This document shows positions 24,137 to 38,816 of a stretch of 64,000 nt of DNA, one piece after another. The notes beneath the pieces were generated by a model. It had not been told where the DNA came from. It was given only the letters and a program-made list of their open reading frames with translations, and searched no databases. The position numbers and the translations under genes are program-made. The stretch covers positions 5,270,001 through 5,334,000 of the forward strand of contig CM022673.1 in NCBI GenBank assembly GCA_012295275.1. Direction: 5' to 3'. This DNA is from Chrysomallon squamiferum. Taxonomy: Eukaryota > Animalia > Mollusca. Numbering within the stretch: the first letter of the stretch is position 1; every line of letters starts with the position of its first letter.

Positions 24137-25311
24137 TTTATTATTATTAATTTGACTGATCACAACATAACTGTGATACCGCTCGTATTACAAATTATAT
24201 TCTCATTAATCAAATTGTATCCTCAGTTTCTGAATATCAAAACATATAGACAGACAGACAGACAGACATATACATCGATAGATAGATGACTGGATAGATA
24301 GATAAAATAAATAAAAATATAAATAAATAAATAAATAAATAAGACAGATAAAATCAAATAAAAACCCCCCAAAACCCAAACAAAAACAAACAACAACAAC
24401 TACTACTACTACTACTCCTACCACCGCTATACTAATAAAAATATAAAAATCAAAATAAAATCTTAACATCTGTTTGACTTGTATATAACTAATAACATAA
24501 CGATGCAGTTAATCTCAAAACAATGGTGAGATTATTCACCGATACTAAATGTGAACTAAATCACGATTCAAAAACTCTTCACTACAAGTGAAGTCATCAA
24601 ACGATCGAGTCACTAATAATATTTCACTAATAATAACTCTTTCCTAAATGACAAAGCTGAGCTATTAAAACTCTTCCATCTGATTCTTTCGTTGTTAATA
24701 TTCTTACAAAATACAGTTTCGTTTTCCGTTTCCGTTTCCGTTATTATGCATTAAAACGCTTCATTAATGGATACGTTTTACTGTTAGCACATTTGACACT
24801 GGCATCAATTCTATATATAACGGTTGGTTATGTCGACATTTTGTTTAATAAGCCTATGGTCACCACGACTTCGACACTAGTGTTCAACGTGACGTGTGTG
24901 TTTATACTTCTGTCTTGTTGTATGTACGTGTCATTGATTAATAACAAGTTCAAGGACCTTTTTTTTTTTTTTTTTTTTTATAAAGTGGACTCTTCACTTT
25001 CTCCGTTTTGTAACTACTTTCTACGTAACTTCGGCGCATATCTGCGTAACTTCGGTATATATTCGTGTGTTTTCGTAACACGTGCGAAAGCGGTTAACTA
25101 CTGCGTATGCTGCATATTTGGGTAACTTCTGTGTATATTGCGAACTGGCGTAGCTTCTGCTTGTATTGGGAATTTTAGTACGACTTAATAACACAGTGCC
25201 TATTTGCGTATCATCTACGTATCTCAGTACAGTTTGCGTATGTTGCGAAGTGGCGTATTTCAGACTGTATCTGCTAATTTGAATACGTTCTGCATATTTA
25301 CAAGCATATTT

Positions 25312-25410
25312 GAGGTTCGAATCCCTGTGCCAGAGATAAACCTGGAGATGTAACACCATTACATTCCGTCTTCTAACTAATTAACTATATAACTTGCTAA
25401 CACTGGTAGT
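25312..25410 (+). mobile_element. Probable 5'-truncated tRNA-derived SINE remnant
   Basis: Perfect Pol III B box GGTTCGAATCC (25314-25324) with no A box or cloverleaf, followed by a short body and a CTAAC-rich tail. Confidence 0.4.
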
Positions 25411-25966
25411 TGAATATAAGTTTAAGAAAACCTAGGTTTTGTTTTATTTATATATGACAGGCTTCCATGGAATCATTATGGGATAACAGACGTTTCAAAT
25501 AATTAAAAGACTGAACTGATGGAAAAAAAAAACAACAACAAAACAAAAATATGAAAAAACTTCTTATAAATGAAGAAAACTATTTATTTATTTATTTAAT
25601 TATTATTTAAATCATTATTTATTTCTATAATTAATTTTTAGCTTTCTTTAAAATCTCTAATGTTTGTCGGTGCATTTTATTTTTACTTTTTTTTAAACTT
25701 TCATTTATTAGGGGTTCATTTTGGTGGCATTTCTGTCACCATCCTAGCAGCTCAGTGTCAAACATAGAGGTTGTTGACGTATGGGGTATGAATGTGTGAA
25801 ATATCAATTATTAAACACGTTCCTGCTCTCTGACATTCTCATGCACAGCTGCAAACTGTTGAAATGCATGTGTTAATATGCACATTCTAAAATTTTATTT
25901 TTAATTTTTCTAAATTTTTTTTTTTTTTTTTTTTTTTTTCTATTATCGGTAAAGTTATTCCTCATG

Positions 25967-26004
<38 letters not shown>

Positions 26005-26223
26005 AAGATATTTCAGAAAATCATACGATCTTTATAATATCGATGATAGTAAGGTGGAATTATGTATACGATATTTTGGTTTCTTTTACAATTTCACGTT
26101 CCAGTCGCTTCTCAATGCTAATTTTTCAAAGGCTGCAGCGAGAAAAAAAACAAAAAAACAATTGATACATACACATACATACATACATAAATATATGTTT
26201 ATGTCTGTCTATTTATCTTTCTA

Positions 26224-26320
<97 letters not shown>

Positions 26321-26408
26321 CTCTCTGTCTGTCTGTCTACCTACCTATCTATCTATCTGTCTATCTGTCTTTCTATCTGTCTATCTATCTATCTATTTAT
26401 TTATTTAT

Positions 26409-26472
<64 letters not shown>

Positions 26473-26476
26473 ATAC

Positions 26477-26507
<31 letters not shown>

Positions 26508-28356
26508 TGCATACATACATATATAGACCTAATAGACATATACATACATACACATACATATACACACAGAAACCTATATACATACATACATAAAACCATA
26601 TTGCATACTAAGGTTCATTCTTGCATATACGAAGACAAATACAAATATATTCATTGAAAATACATACATAAATAAATACACGTTTACATTGACAGTATGT
26701 AGATATACTTGTACATTTAGCATATACGTGCAACATGCAAGTAAGAAATAACAACAACGATTATGATTATGATAAGAAAAAAAAAAAAAAAAAAAAAAAA
26801 AGAAGAAGAAAGAGAAGGGGAAAAAAAAATTTCCTGTCACCGAAAACCATTTTAACTGAAGGAAAACTTTAAAAACCGACGTCACGCGAACCTTTCTTCT
26901 TCTTCTTCTTTCTATTTCCGTGTGTTTAATCGTCCGTTATGAATGACAGAGAATGCCAATGATAGACGTTCGACACTCACCCCGACCTTTGACCTCCCTC
27001 AGGATCGATGTCACGTTTCCAGGACAAACAGTATCAATTACGCTCCACGGTTTCTTACCATTCAAGATATTGCCTTAGCGATAACTCTTAATCTGTAGCA
27101 TATGCTGTACTTTTACATACGCCAGACGCTCCAGAGGTCAAGGTCAACTATTCAGGCCAGCATTAGCATAATCCAACGTGGTTAAAATTGTATTTTTGTA
27201 CGTTTTAAAGTATATTTTGTTCTGATATGATATGATACGATACGGGTTATGGTGATGAGAAAAAAGATTTACGATATTTTTACAAACGATATTTATGGCT
27301 TTGTGTATCTGCAGCTAGCTCAGCCATGTTTAATCTTTTCATTGCAGATATTTTAAGGCTTTGACCGTACTCAAAAAACTAGTGTTTATTCATTCATTAA
27401 TTTTCGTTGTTTTTTTTTAATACACTAATATTATTATTGCAATTTATGCATTCAATCATGCAAGCAATAGGATTTCAATATCAAAATGTAAAAATGTTTA
27501 AAATCTAAATTATGAATTAAAGAACGTATGCACAGTAGAAGTATGAAAGGAAGGATATTTTAGGCTGGTTATTTTTTGTAATGTTTCATTTGTAATGACA
27601 AAGATTGAGAAGGAAACACTTGATTGGCTCATTTATTATCAGCGAGATATATTTTGCCTGCACCTTGTACAGAAAAAGAATATGCGAGGTTTATGGGCAG
27701 TCAGACTGAATGTTTGTTTTCAGTTCTCAAACCGTTCATGGAGCATTGTCCGGAACGGAAAATGAACACCGAGAGACGAACACCGAGATCTGTGAACTCC
27801 CCCGCTTCTTAAAGGAATGTTCAAAGCCTTTTCCACTGGTCGTTGATAAATCTACCATGGAGGAGTAACATGAACGTGAAATAATCTATTATGAAGACAT
27901 CGGGAAGTATCGATCTAACTGACTTAAGGAGTACATATTTATAGAGACGAAGTCCTCTCCAATCATCGTGAATGAATAGATAAACACAGTCAATTACTTA
28001 TCTTTCGAGAGATAAAAAGAAAAGAAAAAAAGAAAAGAGGAGAATATGATAGTTTTGATGAACATCCCAGTGATCGACATCCCAGTATTTACATACGTTT
28101 TGTAACCAGACTAGTTCTCAGAACTCTGGGCTGAACAGACTCAAGGGGTAAAGTCTGAGCCCTTTTTGATTCGTGCTTTTCATTTTGTCTGCAGCCTGAT
28201 GAATATACTGAGATATTTGTAGGGAATGGTCTATGATGCTTCATAATTCTTAGAATCAGTAATTATAATAAGGCTTTCATAATTTATGTTTGAAAAGTTA
28301 TAGTTTTTTTGCCGGTGTTCAACTAAACTGAATTTATTAAGTTAATTAATGGAAAC

Positions 28357-28463
<107 letters not shown>

Positions 28464-29622
28464 ATTTACTTAAATATATATATAAAAAAAACATATATAT
28501 GTGTGTCTGTGGGTCTGTGTGTGTGTGGATATGTTTTCCACAAAGCGTATTGTTTCAATAAATTTATTCTTCTTACCAAACTCAGTAGCATCAACAACAA
28601 CAAAACAACAACAACAATACTACTAATAACAACACAACAAGAGTATTATTATTAATAATAATAGAAACAGAAGCAACGACAACAATAACAATAATAAACA
28701 AATAAAACAAGACAAAATATATTAAAAAAAATTAAAAAATTACTTCTGGCTTTAAACATCGACAAGAAGACTAGAACACAGAACCTGCTACTGCTAACCC
28801 TCCAATAACACGACCCTGAAAACACAAGCCGAACATGTGTACAAGACAAAAGCTTTAGCACAATAGTAATTTAGCTAAGTTATCACGAGGTATAAATATA
28901 AACCAGAACAAAAAATCCTGACCTCCTTTACCATTGTTCCAATTAACTTTCTCTCGTCTTATCTGCCTCACTCGAATTAATACCATTTAGTGGTCTTCTT
29001 GTAATTGTTACAGTGTCTCAGCACAATTAGAACACTTCATTGTAAACATCATGTATACGACCGTGAATGAGAAAACTTGGCAAAACTTTATTTTATTCAT
29101 TAGGATGTAGACAGTCTTGTGCTAATCAAACACGAAAGAAAAGAGAAAAGGTATGTTGCAAAATTATTATTTTCGTAGAAGCTGTGCGTTTTTTTTTGTG
29201 TTCTTGTTTTTAGTTGCTAATGTTGTTGTTGTGGGTTGTCGTTTGCTTTAACGGACTGTAAAAGACAATGTTTTCTTGCATACGACTGATAAAGAATAAG
29301 TTCTGGACCATAATATTTAAGAACGAATTATTGTTTATTGGTAGTCGGTATTTAAAAAAAAAAAAAAAAAAAAAAATATATATATTTTCTTTTTACTTCT
29401 CTTTGAATTCTGGCTAGAGAAAGAGAAAAACTGAAAAGATATATTTACGTTTTGAACATAACCTTGAGTTTTGTTGTTAAACAATAATCCTTAATTTTAG
29501 GTGCATCTACTGTTAACAAAAAAAGGGTTAATGAAAGAAGAGAGAGGAGATAGATAGCTGGAGTGAGAGAGTATCAAAAATATTTGGAGAGTGAGAAATA
29601 TTTTCAGAGAAAGATAAATGTT

Positions 29623-29672
<50 letters not shown>

Positions 29673-29745
29673 AAAAATATTTGGAGAGAAAAGAGAGAAA
29701 TAGAGAGAGAAAGATAAATGTTTAGAAAGAGAGATAGAGAAAGAG

Positions 29746-29783
<38 letters not shown>

Positions 29784-29824
29784 AGGATAAACAGAGATAT
29801 AAACGAGAGAAAAAGAGAGACAGT

Positions 29825-29927
<103 letters not shown>

Positions 29928-30542
29928 TGTTACTGATGATTTGTATACAATAAATGAAACGCCCAGGACGAGGTGTGTGAGTACAGAATGTGAGTACAGA
30001 ATGTGAGAAATAAAACCACTTTTTATTATTATCGCTTTCGAGTCGCGGCTAATTTTAAACTCAGATTAAGCAATTAACTCCGTTGTTTTTAATATAAAGA
30101 ATGCAAGGCCAGTAATAACAACATTAGGCGTGCTGATGTATGTACAGTTTTATCAAAGAAAGTTGCCATTTGTTTTTGTTTTTTTCTTTAGGCGTTGAAA
30201 TATTTGTTGTTCCTCATTCAAGATCTGTGTCGTAACAGAGCTTGTTTTATTTTCTCTAGCAATAAATTAAAGATGTCTTGTAACAACAAACGCCGAAAGG
30301 TTTAAACGATGCACTTGATTACCTCGCGCAAACACTTCCTGTATTTTCGGAAGTAGTGAGGCTCTTGCGTTTATGGTAGTAAGGTTAAGTCATCGGATTT
30401 ACATGCTAAGTATTTAATCCTTCTATTTCCTATTTAGAACTAACTGTGGACTTTTGTCTAAAATTTTCTCTGTAATTGCAATACTATTTTTGCTCTTTCT
30501 GAACTTTGACTAATTGCATTATACAGTCTGTTAGATAGCATA

Positions 30543-30612
30543 GGGCGTATTATGTTCAGTGGTTAAAATGCTGGCTTCAGACGTGACAGGTCGTAGGATC
30601 ATTCCTACTCAG
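30543..30612 (+). mobile_element. Degenerate tRNA-like head (SINE or ancient tRNA pseudogene)
   Basis: TGTTCAGTGGTTAAAATGCT (A-box/D-arm-like) ... AGGTC GTAGG ATCATT CCTAC (T-arm-like stem with decayed B box), at tRNA-like spacing. Confidence 0.45.
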
Positions 30613-32442
30613 TGCTTTCAGAGTCCTTTTAAATGTCTGTTATTCATTTATCAAAATCAATGTCGTGATACGTATTGTTTTTTTAAAAAACAAATCACCG
30701 CCAATACCACCACGACTACCACCACCATCAACAACAACAACAACAATAGAATTGTCTTTCTGCAATAAAAGAAAACAACAATAACAAAAACAAAAAAAAT
30801 AATAAAATAAAATAAAAGTAAAAAAAATAACAACAAACAATCACAAAACAAAAAATAACAACCATCACCACAGTATCAACAGCAACAACAACAACTAAAA
30901 AAAAAAATGCCCCTTCATATATATAACACCTTTATATGCACTTTATCCCAGACCGCAAAACTACTGAAAATCTGATGAAAAATTAATCACCTGCAGGTCT
31001 GTGGAACATAAAACATGGACTCAATAAGCGGGTTGCTTAACATTTGACAGCAAAGATTTGTTTAACCGCCGTCCTCCTTCATGTTAGTGTATAAGCTGTG
31101 GCAGTATAATCGATCTGCAAGAACAACTTCCTGAATTTTATGAAAAAGACAAAACGAGGTAATAAAAGTCATTGCGGATCCATCAACGCTATAATCATGG
31201 GCAGAAAAATATCATACAACAGGCGGGTTCATGACTGTGGTATTTGTATCTTTGAAAACGAAAATGAAATTCATTATAAAAGTTAAGAGACAATGGAAGC
31301 ACTGAGTATCCCGCCATTCCATAACAGAATGAAGTAATTTCTATCTTTACAGACTGAATTTTCTTTTCTTGTATTAACGCATTCGTTTAACGAACCTAAG
31401 TATAAATGAAAACGTAAAATAATGGCTTTGATAATACATGCTGTTCATATCATGTTTGGACTGTCGCATATACGTATCTGTATATTTTTATGATTCTGTA
31501 TAGATGTGCTGTGTCGTGTTTGTATATATGTGTGTATGTATGTGTGTATATGTGTGAGTGTGTGTGCGTGCTTGCAGGAGAGGGTGTTGGTGAACAACAG
31601 GTTTCATGAACATAGGTGTTTATGAGGATTGAAATGAAACAGGTTGTGTTCGTTTGTAAATATTTTATTGTATAATAAATGAATTAAATAGAAATAAATA
31701 AATAAATAAATAAATAAATAAAAATATATGAATAAGAAAACAGCAAAAAAAAAAAAAAAAAACTCACACAAAACAAAACAACAACAGCAACAACAACAGC
31801 AACAACAAAAATCCAGACAAAGAAGATGCACTGTATCTTTGAAAAATCATTCAATATTCGGTGCGCGGCTTGTGCGGGCGGAAATACCCACAGTTGAGCG
31901 TAACAAACATTTAGCAGTGACTGTCATTCTTCCTGTATCGTAGTAATAAAATTACAGTCAGCATGGCATGCACTGGCTGCAATAAAAGCTACACAAAGTA
32001 CGTCAATACTTTAATAGTTAACGACGAATATAACGGTGAAATCGTATTAGCTGTAAGTAGCTTGACGGTAATAAGGAACGCCATTTTCATAAACCAACCA
32101 ATAAAACGAATTTTAGCGTCGCCGTTACTAATCATCGAGATCTTCGATCGAATTTGTTTCACAGAAGTTTAAAATCACATAATTCTAGAGATCAGAGTTT
32201 GTGAGCGTAACTTTACTAACAAATATTATGATATACTACTAATTCAATATTCTTAAAGTACTCTTATTTTTCGGGGGTTGGTGGATTAGTTTAATTTGTT
32301 GTTATAAATATTTTTGTCTAAAATGTTTCGACGCCACAGTGTATTTTTATTCAAAATTCCTTTTCTTGCTGTGGGATATTTCTGAAAAATAAAAAGAAAT
32401 CGTTATAAAAACATTTAAAGAAATCTGTGCAAAAATAGATTA

Positions 32443-32521
<79 letters not shown>

Positions 32522-34566
32522 AAGCACCTAAAATAGATTTATAAAAGCCCGTAGACATTTCATTTTAACAGTAACAATTAATGATTTTAATGCGAGCATA
32601 GACAATTTTGACTTTAAGACGATACTTTATTATCACCACGCCACACCTGACGTTATGAAATGATTATGATCCATTCTCCTTGTAAATGTCGTTTAACACA
32701 ATTTACAGTTCAGTATTGAATCTCTCTCCCCTTGCTGCATGCATCCAGTACTAACAGGAGGAACATTTTAAAACAAATTATAAACAGTTTAATAACAACA
32801 CTCACGCGCCGTATCTAATACTATCTACAACAACAACGTCGTTTACATCTTTTCAGGCAATTACTGCAACTTAACTGACATAGGCGATGCCTTATTACAT
32901 AATATAGTGATCTATAATTTTCATATAACGACATCAGAATTAAGTCAATGCGTCATTTACAGGGCCGGTTTCCATACCAGGAACGATAATAAAGTAATAA
33001 AAATCAAGGGTTTCGTGAAATTTATGGGTTTATTATTTGGATAACGGATATAAACAATATTAAAATTTCAACAGTCGGAATTAATTAATTTGATAAACCG
33101 AATTAAATTAACCCACCTCACAGTTATTCTGTTTAATAATGTTTATATTAAATATTATTTAATGTAAGGTTTCTTTTTCAGTCTATTTCAGGGTTTCAGA
33201 ATGTATTCTGGAGTTTATATATAAAGAAGATTAGCGAAATAATCTAAATATTTCTTTTACTAAAGGGGGAAAAATACGCCATATGGTCTAAAAATGACAT
33301 ACAAATTTACCCAAAACAATAAAAAAAAAAAGAAAACAGAAAAAAAAACGTTTCTGTCTGGGGAAGTACAAAAGCATGTGTTCCAGTTTAATCAGATTTT
33401 CGCCTGTGAATCTCAATTTGTACATTAGAGATCTGTCATAATCTGACAGTAGACTGGAATCATATTCAGAAAGCCTTTCGAGCAAGTCTGAAAGCCGCAC
33501 GATATACTAAAATAAAACAGGTCAACGAAAATGATATCATTCGTGAGAAGCCAAAGAATTACTCCGAAATATTACTAATTATGTTTCGTTCAAAAGAGCA
33601 AACACGTACCTCGGTTTGAGACTTGCAGAATCAAATAACATCACTTCTTTCCATACCAGGTTATTATCCATTTAAGCTAGAAACCTCCCAAACTGAATAC
33701 AAAAGGCCTTGGAATTTACTGAAGGAAAACTGTAGCTGTTTTCATGTGACGATCAGATGTCAGAAATGTCAATAATTTGACTTCCAGTAACTTAAGGCAA
33801 AATATCAGTCAGTTTTACTAGCTGTGTCGTAATCGTTGGTAATTGTTGTTTATGGTGACATGAATAATAATCTCAAAATAGGACTTATTATTATTTATTT
33901 GTCGTGTACTGAAGTTCATTTTTTGAAGTATACACAATTTAGCGTGTACAGTATCAGAAATATTAAATTTAGCTTGAACAATAGTCATTCGTTCACAATA
34001 TAACTCATACAAATATTATCTAAAACACCTATAAATGCATACAATAGCAAAACACAATTTAGTATTACTAATACATAGACATATATATTATTCGTGTATA
34101 TTGTTATATATAATTTGTCTTGTAGATTATTGCGGTCAGTGGGAACAGCTGCACTTTAGCTAGAAAATTTCGAAAATAGAAAATGAGAACAAAATATTTT
34201 TTTCGGTCGTAAAAGTATCCTGTTTGTGATAATTTATCTGCAGGAGGCTGATGTATCGAGACTTGTTTGGGGTGTCCTTACTGATAAAAATAAAAATAAA
34301 TAATCAGCGAAGAACTGGGCAGAGAAAAATAGTTGTATCCGTTTCAAGAAAGCCCCCTGGGACTTAGAGCAGTGATTTCACTTTGTCTTGCTCCAAGTCA
34401 CGATGGTCTACGTTTTGTTCAGTAGACTGAGAAATACAAATATCAGTAGTGTGCTGGGTACGTGTTCAGATAAATATACACACACAGACATATATACATA
34501 CATACATACATACATACATATACACACACAGACATATATACATACATACATACATACATACATACA

Positions 34567-34598
<32 letters not shown>

Positions 34599-35454
34599 CA
34601 CACATGCATGCATTTATAGTTTGCTTGTTTTCTGCACCTGTTACGCATTCTAGCCAGGGTCTCATATATTTCTCTATTTCTATTGCTGCTACACATATCC
34701 TCTGTGTTTTTGATATATTACTGCCCTTATTCTTTATTCTACTTTATACAGTACATCAGAACCAGCAGCAGACATACTTGATCTAGCATTCTCTTTTTAA
34801 CAGGAATCGATAAAAAAAAAAATAATAATAATAATGCTACACGAAACACAATTAACATTATTACATCGCACCAAGAACACTCTCTGAACTTTTAACATCA
34901 ATGCCAAAATGATTAATACACAAGATTATAGTTTTTGACTTAAAGAGTTAAGCTTCCGTGCAAAAAACCCAACAAAAAGGTGTGCAGGAAAGAGAAGAAA
35001 ATTGGTTTATCCTTTTATAATATATATTTTTTTGAAATTATGTAGAATTTAGATTCTGGAAGAAACGGAAAACGGTGGAATTGGTATTATCCACCAATAT
35101 TCATTTTAACTTTTATTTTTATTTTCTGCATGGAAAAAAAAGGGATAAAACAAACTTGTCTGACCCTGCTGATCTTTATGGTAACTCGTTCATCCCGAGT
35201 TAACCCTACTGTACTGCCGCCCGAGCTCCGAGCCCCACAAATGAGCCGTGCCCTGTTGACGCGCGGACGTCGGCGACGTCTTTGACATTTAATGTTGTTT
35301 GGGCAGCTTCTTAATGAAACGAGACGAGTTTATGAATGCTGAGATGAGACGCGTTTGTAAGTCATCACCTCTGTCTGTTTATCTTGTTAGACCTGAACAC
35401 AGATGAAAACTGTCCTACATCATTTGGCTTATGCACTGTTACTGTAGCATGGAC

Positions 35455-35765
35455 TTTTTTTTTTCATTTATAATTTGTTCATTGTTTTCTTTTCTTTCTT
35501 CTTTTGTTCCTTCCTTTTTCTTTCTTTCTTTATTATTTCATTTTTCTTTATCTCTTGTTCTTTCCTTTCTTTCTTTTTTCTTCTTTCCCTATTTATTTTT
35601 CTCTCTTTTTCCCCATTCTTTCTTTCTTTCTTATTTCGTTTTTTCTTTATCTCTTGTTCTTTCCTTTCTTTCTTTTTTCTTCTTTCCTTATTTATTTCTC
35701 TCTTTTTCCCCATTCTTCCATCTTTCTTATTTCTTTTCTCCTTCTAATCTTTTATTTTATTTATT
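35455..35765 (+). repeat. Polypyrimidine low-complexity tract with an internal ~100-bp duplication
   Basis: TTTTCTTTATCTCTTGTTCTTTCCTTTCTTTCTTTTTTCTTCTTTCC occurs at ~35542 and ~35641. Confidence 0.8.
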
Positions 35766-36912
35766 TATTTTTTTCAAAATGAAAATCTAACAAAAATAAG
35801 ATTCATAATAAACAAATGAAAAATGTTAAACCGTGAAGTTGTTAACTTGTATGGATATTCTGATGACACGTTTCAAATGTTAAAATTTGAAAGAAAAAGA
35901 TCTTTATCATTATCACCCACCAAAGTCTGTTTAATAGCAATTTAAAAACCACTAGAAAATAAAGCATCAATAATTGAACTAATTGTAGCAGTGATTTGGT
36001 AAATGGATACAGAGAATAATTTTAAGAAATTTTTATTTTAAAACATATTTTAATATTCACATTTAACTTGTTAAGCATACAAATCAAAATGGTTAAATTT
36101 AACTTTTATTCCTTTTTGTATTTTAAAATTTGCTAAACGATGGAAACTTTTGTTTCAGTCATTCGTTTTTACTGTTGTTATTATTATTTTTTGTACAGTT
36201 TATTTTAATTTATTTAGAAACATTATATTATAAAGGCCCATTATTTAAACAACAAACACAAATTCATTTATTTAACGAACTTATGGCTCACAAAAATTTC
36301 TGTACATACTGTTTTATTTATTTATTTAAAATTTTCTGAAACTTTTTGACAATTTTTTTAAAACATAATATAAAGACTTACTAGTTGGGTTATTTTATTT
36401 TTTATTTTTTTTTTTTATTTTTATTTTTTACTATAAAAAAAAAAAAAAATGATAATAATAAAAACATTATATATGTTTTAAACCTCTTTAAAAACTGACC
36501 ATTTCTTTAGTGCCTCGTACGCTTTGGAACAGCTGATTTCTTAGAATGCTACTTTATTTAAGGATCCACTTCACATACAATATACCGCTGTGCTGTCCAA
36601 AGAGAAGCGCATGGTTTAAGCTTTATAAAATACCACTTGAGTTTTTTTCTTATCTTCCAGCATGCCAAAATGATCCCTTTGCATGTAAACACAGAAGAAA
36701 GGAGAGAAATTAAGAGGTAAGATGTTATTCCTTCGTGTTTATTTTTTATTATTATTATAGTGAAAATGTTTAGTGAATTAAGATAATTATGTTTTTAGCT
36801 GCTGCAGTCTACGTTAGTTTGAGAATATTGTAAATGTGCTATGAGAATGAATAACGTCTGATTGCTGTTTAACAATACATCGAGTGTTTATTTTGATTAT
36901 ATGACGATATTA

Positions 36913-36992
<80 letters not shown>

Positions 36993-38686
36993 GCACAACA
37001 GTACTAGCAGCACCATGCATATTGCTTATAATGTATTTTGTGACTTCATCATGTGGCAGCGCTCTCGTAACCATTTTTAATCTATGCACGAAAAACGTAT
37101 TTCCAAAATATGTGCCAACAGCGATATACGTAAAACAGTATAATAGAATTTACTTAATATAAACTTGAAAGGTGGATAAATCTGAAACCTGGAATCTAAC
37201 ATCCTGTAATGAAAAGTTTCACATACTGTACATAGAGTTTTAACTGAGACTGCATTTCCGATTCTTCTTTTTTTTAATCTTTTTTTTAAACGACGTTGTA
37301 TTAGTCGATACAAATAAAACTTTCACAAAAAATCTACTTGGATAAAATGGCGTGATATTCCGTTCTATACATATCCATTAAGTTAATAATTTAATCTACA
37401 AACGAGATCTCGGCCAATATTTTTAAATGTTTCGTGGAGCAAAGAAGTCTTTTTTTTCCCAATCGTTCACTGAACAAACAGCCAGCAAAACCATCACCAG
37501 TGCAGTTATAAAGAAAAAAAACAAAAAACTTCTACTTAAATATAAATAATTGACATTTCGATTAAAACGAAACCCCCCGCTATTGCTTTTACCTTGTTTC
37601 CGTTTTTCGGTCTCTCTGTCTGTCTGTGATAATCACTGAGTTTGATTTTTCAGTCTTTATGCATTTTTGATTTTTTTGTCAACCAGTATTTTGATTATTT
37701 GTATTTTACGTGAATTAAGGCCACTGATACGGTAACAATATTCAAAAATCGAAAATTATAGCAATCAAAAATATAACAGAATATATAATTAAATTATTAC
37801 AATAATAATAAAGAAATGCTGTAATTGCAATAAAGCACTTGCTATATTACAGTTCTAGAATGGCAATTACAGTATCACAGATACAGTATTAAGTGTACAA
37901 ATAATTATGATTAAAACAGCAATACTATATATTATATTACTTTTAGAATATTTATTAATTAATACAACATTACAAATAGAATATTAAAATTATGAGCTAT
38001 GTATGATAAACTTGTATCGTAACAAGAATACTTTACCATTTAAAAATGATGTCATATTTACAGTATTATTAGTACAAAATTACCGTAACAACTGACACTG
38101 TATTAACATCATTACGACTTAAATTAATACGTATTACTGTTACAGTGTGATACATGCCAAAATAACAGAATATTAATTACATACGTATTACATATTAATA
38201 CATATCACAGCTACAGTCTTACAAATGTCCAACAGATTTAATATTAGTTAAATTTAACACACAATTCAATAGTTTATAGAGTGATATTTCTTTCACGTTG
38301 TATTATGAATGAATGAATCACACATAATTTCGCTGACTTGTGTAAATAGATTCGTACAAATTCTGTATTAGCTGTTAAGTCCAGTTTAAATCAGTAAGTG
38401 TCACTAGGACAGTTTCAGTTTTAAAAAGTCTTCCTATGTACTGGTAGCATAATATGGATGGTTATAATTTGACAACGAAACAAACGGGTTCCATTCATCT
38501 CATTTTAAAATACTCAACACTGTTTTAAACATTAATCTCGTTCGATCTGATTTAATTATTTTTTTTCATTTATGCCTTGTTATTTATTTTTCTCTGTCTC
38601 TGTCGTCATCTCCCTTTCTTTCTCTAATTTATCTTTCCTTTCTCTCTGATTCTTCTTTATCTCTCTCTCCTCTCTCTCTCTCTGAT

Positions 38687-38816
<130 letters not shown>

